DNA of 64,000 nt, from NCBI RefSeq assembly GCF_052425735.1, contig NC_135765.1:32426001-32490000 (forward strand). Direction: 5' to 3'. Source of the DNA: Oculina patagonica (lineage: Eukaryota). Position numbers and translations under genes: made by a program. The notes beneath the pieces are model-generated. The model searched no databases. It saw only the letters and a list, made by a program, of their open reading frames with translations, and was not told the DNA's origin. Position 1 is the first letter of the stretch. Each line of letters begins with the position of its first letter. Positions 10,690 to 22,006 of this stretch are shown piece by piece.

Positions 10690-13636
10690 ATGAGCCGTCA
10701 CACAGAATATGATGTTGCGGTCATTGGCGCAGGGATTTCTGGGATTGCAACAGCCAAGTGTCTTTTAGATGACAAGTTCAAGATCATTGTTTATGAGAAG
10801 ACTAACCACATTGGAGGATTGTGGCAGTTCACACAAGATGATTATGGAGTCATGAGCTTTACACACATGTATGTAGGAGCAGTATATCTCGTATTAATTA
10901 TTAGCTTGAAAAAATGTCATTGGTGGATCCATAACTACTCTAGGGGCAGGGTAGGGGGTATAAAGAAAGGTCCTTTCTCGATCTCAGAAAGGGGGTCCAG
11001 CATGAAGGAGAAGCCACGAGCCAAGCAGCCCACACTGCCGGAGCTTATTCCGGTTTCCGTAGCATTAAGCGGCTAGGAATATTTCTACTCCCCCCTGAAT
11101 GAGATGCTAGTCCATTGCAGGGTTCCCCCCCAGCATTATGTCGCCGGTACCCATTTATACACCTGGGTGGAGAGAGGCACTATGAGAGTAAAGTGTCTTG
11201 CCCAAGAACACAACACAAGTGACGCCGACCGGGGCTCGAACTCGGACCCCTCGATCCAGAGTCCGGCGCTCTAACCATTAGGCCACCGCGCCTCCCATGG
11301 AGGTGGACCCTTATTTGTTCAAATAAGGAGAGCATGGGCTGAAAAATTTCTGTCGCTGAATGCTGAGGTACACGTAGCAGTCACAGACCCAGACCTTCAG
11401 CTAAGTGGGGGGCCCGATCATCCAGCCCCTAGCATAAGGAGGGGACCGCTCTTAAAAATAATTTTTCTCGGCCACGTTGGGCCTCTATTTGGTCAAAAAA
11501 TAAGGTGGGGACCCGGGCCCCCTGGGCCCCTCCCCTAGATCCACCACTGTGTAAGCTGTAAAAGCTTTGCTTCTCTGCATGGTATTTTGTATGATGATGA
11601 TTATGCTCCTAAATGGAGAACTCTCATTTATAACAGTGACAATGGTGATTGTCTTGTTTTTCAGAGGTAAAGTTTTGTGGCTTAGTAGTGCTTAAATATG
11701 CATGTATGCTAGTTAAAATTAATATTAACAGAAAAATTAAAACAGAAACTACCTTGGTACCTCTTAGGGGTGAAACTGAACTCGAATCATGTTCAGATCT
11801 TGGTATCTTTTCTTAATCACACCTATCACCTCACCTCTCTGTAGGAGTACCTTCCCATTTCACAGTGTACCCTGACCTGGAAAGAATAGTGCTGAGCACA
11901 GATTTTCACATTCTCGTCCCCATAGCCCTTTCGTTTCTCTTAGCCGGCTTGGCACGAGAAAACGGAGGGCTCTGGGGACATAGGATTTTTGAATTAATTC
12001 GAATTTTTTTGATTGGCTGTTTGGAACAAAGAATTCCTAAACGGAAGTCAAAAACATAACGACTCTCTCATACATTCTTTTGAAATGTCATGACTGCATA
12101 CATGAAGACTGGAAGTCCTAGAATCTAGGACTGGAAATTCTCTGTCCCCAGAGCCCTTCGTTTTCTCGTGCCGAGGCTCAGCCGGCTAAGAGAAACGAAA
12201 GGGCTATGGGGATGAGAATGAGATTTTCATTAATCCTTTTTTATTCTTTCTTTTACAGCAATGTCTCCAAGCACAACTACTGCTTCTCAGACTTCCCATT
12301 CCCTGATGACGTTCCTGATTACCCGCACCACTCCCACATGGCAGAATATGTCAACAGATATGCCGAGCACTTTGGCATCAAGGAACACATCAGTTTCAGT
12401 ACTAAGGTGGAACGAATTGAAAAAGTCCCTGGGGGGTGGAAAATAACATCAATCAAAGCTAACGAAAAAGGGAAGGATCAACAAGGCCACCAGGAGATAT
12501 TTGTCAAGTTTGTTGCCATAGCAACAGGGCATCATGCCAAACCAAGAATGCCGTACTTTGATGGGCAGGAAACATTTCCTGGGAGAATTTTTCACAGTGT
12601 AGAATATAAAGATGCGATAACTAACGGTCTTGTAGGAAAGAAAGTAGTTGTAGTAGGTATTGGTAACAGTGCTGTTGATGTAGTGGTAAATGCCGTAGAA
12701 TCAAGCAGTAAAAAACCTGTTAGTATTTCTACGAGATCGGGTGCTTGGATTGTGCCAAATTACATCTTAGGTTTCCCCGCTGATCATTACGCTTGCCGCC
12801 TTTTCTTTTGGCTCCCTTGGAGCTTATCAAATTATGTCTTTGAATTGATGGTTCAAGGTGTGCTAGGGAGCCCATGGCAGTGGAATTTAAATCCCAAAAT
12901 GCGTGCTCGTCAAACCCAGCCAACGGTAAGCCCCACGTTAGTTCATCATATTCAGAGAAGAAATGTCACAGTTAAGCCTAACATTGTGACATTGAAGGGA
13001 AGTGAAGTGATTTTTACTGATGGTACTAAAACCACAGCAGATGCAATAGTGTGTTGTACTGGGTATCATATTGATTTACCATTTTTGGAAAGCAGTGTAA
13101 AAGATCTCGTTGTCAAAGAAAGTACTAACAAAATCAAGCTTTTCAAAAATGTTTTTGCTCCAGAAATCGGAGCTTCTTTGGCGTTTATTGGTTTTGCCCA
13201 GCCAGCGTCTGGTGGATTACTTTCAATTTCCGAAATCCAGGCAAGGTGGTTCTCTGAGCTGTGCAAAGGTGCAATCAAACTTCCTTCAGCGGAAAAAATG
13301 CACCAAGAAATTAAACAAGACCAGCAGAAAAATGAAAGCATTTATTTTGCGTCGGCTAGGCACACTATTCAACAAGACCCTATGACGTACAATGATGAAA
13401 TTGCATCATATTTTGGTGCAAAACCCCAACTGTGGAAACACCCTTCTTTGGCTTGGAATTTAATCGTTGGTTCATGCGGCGCAGCTCAGTGGAGGCTACA
13501 GGGTCCACACAAATGGGATAGGGCCAAAGATGTTGTGCGCGCTGTTCCAATCACACCACTGATGCATTATGGTACCTTGTTTGTGCTTCTTTTATTATTT
13601 TTTCTTATGCTTTTTGTTGTAGTTAAATGTTTTTAA
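10690..13636 (+). CDS. Flavin-containing monooxygenase (class B FMO), 2 coding exons 10690-10868 and 12259-13636, ~518 aa
   Basis: FAD GxGxxG (VIGAGISG), GGLW, spliced SFTHINVSK, FSDFPFP, FMO signature FPGRIFHSVEY, NADPH GIGNSA, CCTGY (F/ATGY-type), SEIQARW, C-terminal hydrophobic anchor. Confidence 0.95.
11008..11296 (-). mobile_element. tRNA-derived CORE-type SINE
   Basis: Minus-strand head GGGAGGCGCGGTGGCCTAATGG..GAGTTCGAGCCC (A and B boxes) and core TGTTCTTGGGCAAGACACTTTACTCTC; several more copies in the window. Confidence 0.85.
11909..12220. mobile_element. MITE with ~70-bp TIRs and 9-bp TSD (AcademH-type)
   Basis: AGATTTTCA|CATTCTCGTCCCCATAGCCC...GGGCTATGGGGATGAGAATG|AGATTTTCA. Confidence 0.85.
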
Positions 13637-14562
13637 CTTAAAATTACAACTGCCTTAGCCATTCGAAATAAATGTATTGATTAAAAAAAAACAATACCGG
13701 TACATTTTAATATTTACATTTAAGTAACACAGACTGTATAGAAATAAGATTAAGTTTTATTTGATATTATAATAAATTGTTATATAATTTGATGAAATGT
13801 GAAATTATTTTAAATAGATTACTTCCAGCTTAACCAATATCAAAAAAAATTTTATTCTTCAAAAATGTAACTTAGAATTGTGTAATAATAATTGTCTGAA
13901 ACACATTTTTTGTCCCTATTGTTATTTTTAACTTGTCCTTGTTTCTTGGTTTTGTATCTTATAGTTCAGTTTTTCCAATAAATTAAAGCAGTTGTTTTTA
14001 AGTAATACTATAGAAGTGTCAGTGTTGGGTTAATCGCGTTCGAGAATTAGTAACTGCGAACAGGCTCCTCGGTGGGGGGGGGGGGGGGAGGGGGACGCCC
14101 ATATGAAAGTGACAAGGATACTCGTCGTCTCGGTTAGGGGTGTAAATTACGGATTTTGGCCTCACTTAGGGCGATCAGGACAAAACGCCAATTTTTTTGT
14201 CGACGAGGTCTTGCTTAGGGTTGCAAGTGAAGAATAAAAAAAATGCCGTCGTACTTGACCGATCAGGCCTGAAAAATGGTATCTTTTCGGGGGACCACAA
14301 ACGCTTGAGCCAAGCCCAGGTTGTTTTTCTTTTAGGGTTTATTCAAACTTTCCGACGAGCATCCCCTTTTGGGCTCGCTCCGTTGGCCAATTTTCTTTGT
14401 CCCGGTTCATTCACTAAGGGGTCTAGGAAGTCTGTATGCAGTTTGCAGGTCATTCTTCTAAAAACCTGGGCGTTTGTTGCCTTTCTTAAAAATAAAGGCA
14501 ACACTAAAAGGAGCAAAACTTTAGAACCAACGTTGGCACCTTGATTATTGATTACCATTGCA

Positions 14563-15510
14563 TTTGCTCCAGAAATCGGAGCCTCTGGCGTTTATTGGCT
14601 TTGCCCAGCCAGCGTCTGGCGGGTTGCTTTCAATTTCCGAAATCCAGGCAAGATGGTTCTCTGAGCTGTGCAAAGGTACAATCAAACTTCCTTCAGCTGA
14701 TAAAATGCACCAAGAAATTAAACAAGACCATCAGAAAAATGAAAGCATTTACTTTGCTTCGGCTAGGCACACTATTCAACAAGACCCTATGACTTATAAT
14801 GATGAAATTGCATCATATTTTGGTGCAAAACCCCAACTGTGGAAACACCCTTCTTTGTCTTGGAATTTAATTGTTGGTTCATGTGGCTCAGCTCAGTGGA
14901 GGCTACAGAATCCTCACAAATGGGATAGGGCTAAAGATATTGTGTGCGCTGTTCCCGTCACTTTAATATTTTTTCTTATGCTGTTCATTATAGGAGAAGC
15001 CACGAGCCAAGCGGCCCACACTGCCGGAGCTTATACCGGTTTCCGTAGCATTAAGCGGCTAGGAATATTTCTACTCCCCCCTAAATGGGATGCTAGTCCA
15101 TTGCAGGGTTCCCCCCAGCATTATGTCACCGGTACCCATTTATACACCTGGGTGGAGAGAGGCACTATGAGAGTAAAGTGTCTTGCCCAAGAACACAACA
15201 CAAGTGAACCCGGCCGGGGCTCGAACTCGGACCGCTCGATCCGGAGTCCGGCACTCTAACCATTAGGCCACCGCGCCTCCCATGCTGTTCATTATAGTTA
15301 AATGTTTTTATCTCTAGAATAACATCCACCTTAGTTTTTGGCTTTGATCTGTTTAACAACTTACACACTTGTTTGTAATCAATTTATTTTAACAATTAAA
15401 AAACAACATTTACTATAGAAAAAAAGTTATTTTATTATAATTTATACATGTATATGATTAATTGAGAAAGCAGTGAAATTATTTTGAATAGATTACTTTC
15501 AGGTTCAAGT
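14563..15510 (+). pseudogene. Partial FMO duplicate (C-terminal third plus 3' UTR), interrupted by a SINE
   Basis: AFIGFAQPASGGLL...AVP nearly identical to 13154-13548; no 5' half, small deletions, SINE at 14994-15281; similarity to the FMO 3' UTR continues to ~15510. Confidence 0.9.
14994..15281 (-). mobile_element. CORE-type SINE with 16-bp TSD
   Basis: ATGCTGTTCATTATAG duplicated at 14978-14993 and 15282-15297; near-identical to 11008-11296. Confidence 0.9.
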
Positions 15511-15670
15511 TGGTAATTAGCAGTACTCGTTTTTTTTAGATGTAGAATAAAATAAAGTAAATGATAAGATTTGTAGCATGCCAGACTGAGGGACACATCA
15601 CTGGTCTAACAGTATCAAGCTGTTACTTAAAAATGCACGGATAGTATGACGGGACTTGGTTTTGGTTTTA

Positions 15671-15715
15671 GCCGATATTTCTACTAGACTGAGTCAGCTA
15701 GTCTTCTACAGGGCC
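15671..15715 (-). ncRNA. Degenerate minimal hammerhead ribozyme motif
   Basis: Reverse complement GGCC-CTGTAGA-AGACTAG..CTAGTA-GAAA-TA-TC-GGC; same family as 20719-20761 but core CTGAAGA changed to CTGTAGA. Confidence 0.5.
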
Positions 15716-18079
15716 GGAGCTGTAGTGACATAGAACTTAATGGCTTCAAAAACTTGAATTTAAAGATAAGTTTTTAAGTGGATAACTGAATTCCCTTAGT
15801 TTCTGATTTAATTTGATCTGATTTAATTGTGAAAATTGCAATACAGTAACTCAACAGTCTTCCTAAACAGATCTGTAGTTTCACATAGTTACTAAGATTG
15901 CGTGACAGTTAGTAACGCAAAAGAACACCCCTCTGTAACAGACCTGGTGAAACCCGACCTGGTGGGTTATTTTGCCCTCCCTGGTGGAAATTTGACCTCC
16001 CTGGTCCCTGGTGAATATCTGAAAAATCCCTGGTCAATTTTATTTCTCCCTGGTGAAGAATTTTGTTTACCTGGTCAGGAAAAATCAACCAAAATCTTTC
16101 TGCTGGCTTTAATAAACAGAAGAAAACGACGCGCGGCAAAAAGATAATTTAATAATTGACTATAACTTGATGTAAATATAGCAAAAGGTAATTGTTAACT
16201 TTTTTCTATTGTTTTTGTCGCTTGTTCCGTTGTCAAGCACATCACTGAAGAGACAAAACAGATCTGTTTCCTTTTCTGTATGTAATACGAGCTTTTGAAT
16301 GATTCAGAGCGATTTGAACAGCGCGCGCGGCCCAAAACAAATGTGTGGAAGTATTTTTGACCCGGCTTTCTACAGCGTTTTATCGAATAACTACGCAGAG
16401 GATAATCAGCTTGACCGAAATAATTCTTGGTGAGTATTAAACGGCCTTTTTTCGTCGATTTAGTAGCCTTGAGCAGTTTGAGAGGCCTTTGATGTAAAAA
16501 ATATCGTGTTAAACTTTGCAGCCCGCCAGCACAATGTGATGTAAAAAATACGCAAGTTATTCAAGTACATTCAAGATCATTCAAGTGGCGTATGACGGTA
16601 AATTTAAATTAAGCTGCCTCAAATTGTAAGTACTGTCTAAATATTACTCTGTGTAGCTTTCGCTTGCATGAAACTATTGATGCCGATGACTGCAGTCATT
16701 AAAACGTATTTGTAATTGCTCGCTTAATCCGAAAAAAAAGAGACAATTTATTCGACCTGTAAAAGATATAAGCAAACGGTTTTCTATTTTGACGGCTTTA
16801 TGCTATAACCTACTGAAAATGGATCAACGAATAAGGGCCGGCATTTTTAACATTTTGCAATTTTAATGGTAAACGGACCGTTTAAATTTAGGCGCGCCCG
16901 TGCGAGACAACCTCTGGATCTGTCTCTTGGTGCTAGGCTAGGCTCTTTTGATAATAAATATTTATGTCATTTACCTTCTGGAAAAGTAATTAAACTTGTA
17001 GTCAGATTAGCAGGGCTTGAGAGACGTTCAAACTAGGGACTAGGGAGTCGAGAAAATGATCCCGCAAAACGTTCTCCCAATTTGTTTTTGAAACATATCG
17101 AATATCTGTCTGAATATCCTTCAACACGCGGTTTAGGAATTTAAGTCGTAAATGTATGTTTTGGTGGTGTAATCCGCCAAGCGCAAGGTTGGTTGCCTGG
17201 TGAAGCGTGTTCCCCTTCCAAAAATAAGGAGCTTTGATTTTAACTGAAAAGGACTAGAAATAATCGTGTTTTTTAAGTTTACTTTAAGCTGCCTAGTTGC
17301 CTATGAAACTCCCTTCAAAACGCACAAAATGTGATTTCGGCCTGTCTAATTTTCAAAATTTCCCGGACATACCAAAAATTGGCAAATATGTACCGGTAAT
17401 TACTGTTCTGTGTAATTAAGTCACAGTTTGACAAATTATTTGTTAACAATGTTGCTTTTCATGTCAATAAAGCTTTATATTATTGCTACTAAAAGTGTTT
17501 TATTATTTTCCGAATTAAAAAAACACTTTTTCCCCTATTTCTATTTTGAAGGATATTCTTCTTTTCTTGGGACAAAGATGAAGGCGGAATAACAGTCATC
17601 ATTTTGAGACAATTTTACCAGGAATTTTACGGCGATTTTTTTAAATTTGATGTGGGATAACAGCCATGCCATGTGCAAGCTTGCAGATAATGGGGAAGGT
17701 CGCCAAACATCTATCCAAACCCACTCTCTGTTATCATCTAGGGTTAAAAGTTAAAGGATCCATAGAGCTGAGAGCTAAAACGGACTCATAAAGAGACAGA
17801 CATTTCCAATCCCTTCCGGGAGAGAAACGACGGTCTGAGATTTGGGCTGAGAAATTCCATGGTATGTCTTATGACGTAGCATTACCTTCGACTGTTTTGA
17901 TTAGTTAGTTAATCAAAAAAAAAAAATAGAAAAGCAAATGAAAAGCAATCAATCAGAGACACTTGGTCAACGGCGTGGAGTATTTGCAATCTCAAAAGTC
18001 TATCCCGAGAGGAACAAAGATGACTGGTTTCTTGGACAAAAGGTAAGCCGATCTGTGAATACCTAGATCGTACTCCCGC

Positions 18080-20284
18080 TTATGTGAGGACAAAAATTTT
18101 TTTCGCATCATAATCAGATACCAAAATGCGACCATCTGGTGTTGTAGTTATGTGTATGGGAGTTTGTAACTTGGTGACGGTTTTACCAGTAAAACACCCT
18201 TCCAATGAAAACTGTTGAATGCGGCCATTGTTTCTGTCACATACAAGAAGATTCTGACGATTGCCTTGTTTCTCAACGCACAAACCCCAAGGATAGGACA
18301 ACTGTCCGTCAGCCTTGCCTGCTTCTCCAATCTTGTACAAAAACTTCCCTGAACTGTCAAACACTTTTAAACAATCGTCCCAGTCGTTCTCTCCTGGGCA
18401 GCCGTCAGATACAATGATCATCTTCTTGTGATTAATACATCCAGTGGGTCGGTTGAGTTTTTCTGAACTGCTATCTCCAAATTCAAAAACAGGTTTACCG
18501 TCCTTTGTTAAGACCTGGATTCTGTTGTTGTTGTAATCACCTACAACAACGTGTCCTTTAGCATCCATACAAACGCTTAATGGATTAAAAAACTCGCCTT
18601 TTCCACTCCCTTTCTTTCCAAAGCTTTTCACAAAGTCCCCTGTCTGCGCGTTGAACTGTTGAATGCGGTCATTACATTCATCTGCCACCAGAATCTCGTT
18701 ATCATTCAGGTATGTGACGCCTTCTGGGCCATTAAGCTGTCCAGGTTTCTCTCCACTACAGCCAAGTTTTCGCACAAACATTCCTTCCTTATCGAATATA
18801 AGAATACAGTCTCTTTCATAGTCAGCTACAGCGATCAGCCCGTTACTGTTAACAGCAATCCCACGTGGCTCTTGCGGAGTTTCTCCTTTAAAATCTAACT
18901 CGCCCACAACATTAAGCCGCCGTTCCTTTACCTGGAGAGTGAAAGAAATGTTAGCAAGTTTGTCGTCATTTATCTTTACGGTGATGTTGTAGGGGCCTGG
19001 TACTTTCGGTACAAATTTCACCTGGAAATTTCCATCTTCTCTTTCACAAATAATCGAACTTTCCACTTTTTCAGCAGGTTCCACGAGCACTTCGGAGCCG
19101 TGAAATTCACGTCGAGTTTCACTCGTCAGTTCTTGTTCAGATATTTTAGGACAGACCACAAACTCTGCTTCCAAGCCAGCTTGAAAATTCTCAGGAAGTC
19201 CTTCAACTGTGTAAAAGAAACCCAAGCTAAAACTCTCAGGTGCAATGGTCGAGACAAACTTTAGGAATGAACTAACCGGAAGTGCTGGGACTGGGGTCTT
19301 GTAAAGTTCTTTGAATCGCTTTTCCAAAATCTTCTTACTCTGCATTATATCTGAACTTGAGCTTCTTTCAACGAGGTTATTAGCAAACACAGCCGCTTGT
19401 TCGATTTGCTTGATCAAGGACTGTACTTGTTTCCCAACACAGTCTAGTTGCTTCGTTCTCGACACGCGCATATTCTCGAGAGCAGTTATGGCCTCCCGCT
19501 CGCGTTCTCGAATCTTAGCGATCATTCGTTCAGCTGCTTGGGAAACTTCACGTTTAGCGATGGCAATATTAGCTTCCAATTTGCAAACTGTTTCCTCAAG
19601 TTCACGAATCAGATCACTACAAACTTTTCTCTTCTCGCTCATCAACTCGACGCCCGCCATGATGTTGGCTTTCTCGTCATCCGCTGCCTTTTCAAGCGGA
19701 TCAGCATTGTGATTCTTGTGATTCGTAACAATGCAAATTTGACAAACACAAGTTTGACATTCAAGGCAGAAAAACCTCGTTACCTCTCTCTCGTGGTACT
19801 GCTCAGAGCAAAAGGATTTTCGCTTTAACAAGGCCTCGTAGTCTTGGAATTGAAACTGTTTTACTAGCGTGACTTTGTGTCCTTCAAACGCAACACTTCT
19901 GAGTTGTTCGTGTGCGTTTACGCAGTTAGGGCACATGAATGTTCTGCAATCAAAGCAGTAGCTGATCTCGGCGTTCTTCTTCCTACAACTGCTGCAAATG
20001 ATCTCACTTCCATCACCACTTTGCTGAACAGTAAGAAGACTTAACAAACTGTTGTGCAGAAAGCTGGTCGGCAGATTGTCAAAACGTCTTCCTTCAGGGA
20101 TGTCAACTTCTTCCTGACACACGGGGCAACGAAATTTGCCTTGTCTTTGGCTGGTTAATGCGTATTTCTCTAAGCACTCACAGCAGAAGGTATGAAGACA
20201 AGCTATGGTCTTGGGTTTTGTGTAAGTATTTAGACAAATCGAACACGTAACATGCTTTTTGCAGTTTTTCAAGAGAGACTCCAT
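18080..20284 (-). CDS. TRIM-NHL E3 ubiquitin ligase (TRIM2/3/71-like), intronless CDS, 734 aa
   Basis: RING (CSICL..CLHTFC..C..CPVC), B-box1, B-box2, coiled coil, filamin-like segment (FQVKFVPKVPGPYNITVKIN), NHL repeats (PRGIAV, PEGV, NNRIQV); ATG at 20284 follows a splice-acceptor-like TTTCGCAG. Confidence 0.93.
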   Translation of the reverse strand: MESLLKNCKKHVTCSICLNTYTKPKTIACLHTFCCECLEKYALTSQRQGKFRCPVCQEEVDIPEGRRFDNLPTSFLHNSLLSLLTVQQSGDGSEIICSSCRKKNAEISYCFDCRTFMCPNCVNAHEQLRSVAFEGHKVTLVKQFQFQDYEALLKRKSFCSEQYHEREVTRFFCLECQTCVCQICIVTNHKNHNADPLEKAADDEKANIMAGVELMSEKRKVCSDLIRELEETVCKLEANIAIAKREVSQAAERMIAKIREREREAITALENMRVSRTKQLDCVGKQVQSLIKQIEQAAVFANNLVERSSSSDIMQSKKILEKRFKELYKTPVPALPVSSFLKFVSTIAPESFSLGFFYTVEGLPENFQAGLEAEFVVCPKISEQELTSETRREFHGSEVLVEPAEKVESSIICEREDGNFQVKFVPKVPGPYNITVKINDDKLANISFTLQVKERRLNVVGELDFKGETPQEPRGIAVNSNGLIAVADYERDCILIFDKEGMFVRKLGCSGEKPGQLNGPEGVTYLNDNEILVADECNDRIQQFNAQTGDFVKSFGKKGSGKGEFFNPLSVCMDAKGHVVVGDYNNNRIQVLTKDGKPVFEFGDSSSEKLNRPTGCINHKKMIIVSDGCPGENDWDDCLKVFDSSGKFLYKIGEAGKADGQLSYPWGLCVEKQGNRQNLLVCDRNNGRIQQFSLEGCFTGKTVTKLQTPIHITTTPDGRILVSDYDAKKIFVLT

Positions 20285-20637
20285 TGCACTGCGAAACGAC
20301 AGTAAAACAAAACACACCCGTCTATTGTGTTTGTGATTCCGAGAAACCTTAGATTGAATAAATATAATACCTGTTTATTCTATTTTCAGTAGCTAACCTC
20401 TCTGACCTCGGAGCGGAAGTGATGCATACAGTTTATTGCTGTATGCAGCTGTTTCGAAAAAAGTTTGCAACAATGCCGAAAGTTAAAACGAGTAGAAGTT
20501 GTAACCAGGAAGTTGTACTGTTTAAATTTGTAAGAAAATATGTGCTCATGACACCACACTGACAAATTATTCGTGTAAAATGTATCAATATAACTTTACA
20601 TTATTCCTACTCCCGGGTACCACTAAATTGTGGTTTA

Positions 20638-20804
20638 ATTGATTGCAAGGCTGGTACAACGGCAGGAGGGCAAGATTTATTGGCCAATATTTCAACTAGC
20701 AGAGCTAGTCTTCTTCACTGGCCCTGAAGAAGACTAGCTCTGCTAGTTGAAATATTGGCCAATAAATCTTGCCCTCCTGCCGTTGTACCAGCCTTGCAAT
20801 CAAT
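20638..20804. repeat. Perfect inverted repeat (80-bp arms, 7-bp spacer), Penelope-like inverted terminal fragment
   Basis: 20638-20717 is the exact reverse complement of 20725-20804. Confidence 0.9.
20719..20761 (+). ncRNA. Minimal type I hammerhead ribozyme motif
   Basis: TGGCC-CTGAAGA-A-GACTAGC-tct-GCTAGTT-GAAA-TA-TT-GGCCA: 5-bp stem I, 7-bp stem II, palindromic ATAT mini stem III. Confidence 0.78.
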
Positions 20805-22006
20805 CCGGTTTTATTAGCACTTAGAGTGACGTCTGGTAGGAGCATTTCTTGAACAAGAGATCCGGCAGCAGACAAGCCAAGCAGTTTTTTTCTTCGTTGC
20901 GTGGTCCCCTGCATCCAAACTGTTTAAGTGGTATAATTGTTCGAAACATTTTTTTCCCTAATGTTATTTCTAAGTTCTCTTTGATTTGCATCTTGTGGTT
21001 CAGTTTTTCCAATAAAAACCAATATTTGCGTTTATCGCGTTCTAGGATCAATAACCTGCGAACAGGTTTAATTTTCCCCCGAGGACTCCCGTGGGTCCCG
21101 TGAAGGTGACGAGAGATGCTCGTCCTCTCGCTTAGGGGTGTATATTAAGACGTTTGGTCTTACTTGCGGGTGTTCAGGACAAAACGCCAAATATTTTCGC
21201 CGACAATGACCCGCTTAGGGTTGCACGTGAAGAAACAACGCCGGCATACTATGTTGGCGGTCTAGACTCGGGCAAGATCTTTTAGTGGTTCAAAAGCGCT
21301 TAAGCCACGCCAATTCAAAATCCCTTCCCTTTCATATCGAAGCCCCCCGGGAGGGGGGGGGGGCGCTCCCTAATAAAGTAATGAGAGAAAAAAAGTCGCA
21401 AACGGAGCGAGTCAAGCGCGCCTGGGTAGGAAGAACGCGCACATCTTCCCTGTTTTAGTCTTCAGACGAGCGACAGAAATGCCAGACGCAGCCAGACAGT
21501 GTGAATGAGGTAATATAGCAAGTTGGACAATTAAAATGTGTAATTTTGCAGATGTCGGTTCAAGGTTGCGTAATCTCAGAAGAACACTATTACAGATATT
21601 GCTTTCATGACTTAAAGGTCATGGAAGTCATGATCATTATGGTAGACATTTCATAGAAGAGGCCCGAAGGCCGATCCCTGGGAAAAATCTCTCGTGGTCG
21701 TGTACCAATCGCTTGTTATTTTTTGACTGATTCTAACTGTGTTTTTCCTGTTTGTGAAATACTGTGGAATCCCAATTTCTCGAGCCTCCAGGGAAAAAGA
21801 AAATTGGTTCCAGAAATCAGGGAGTCCGGGAAAAAATTGCAGTGTTTTTGACTTAACTGGTTCGACTGGGGACGAGGTTGTGTTCGACAAAGGGAGGGAA
21901 ACGACATTTGGTTCAATAAAATTATCGGGAGGTTCGAGAAATAACAGAATTCCACTGTACGATTACATTAGATCTAGGGAATTGTTAAAACACCATATGC
22001 TTTCAG

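Noticed and set aside
12206-12258. ATG at 12206 as the FMO start
   Set aside because: Lies in a MITE terminal repeat within the intron; the FAD-binding N-terminus is in exon 1 at 10690
14558-15259. 233-aa ORF as an independent gene
   Set aside because: FMO fragment lacking FAD and NADPH motifs, fused to antisense SINE sequence
15930-17400. Probable transposon fragments with CCTGGT repeats
   Set aside because: Could not identify matching termini or a target duplication, so no feature was called
19311-19828. Antisense ORFs over the TRIM gene, and similar ones over the methyltransferases
   Set aside because: Shadow frames of real coding sequence with no independent motifs
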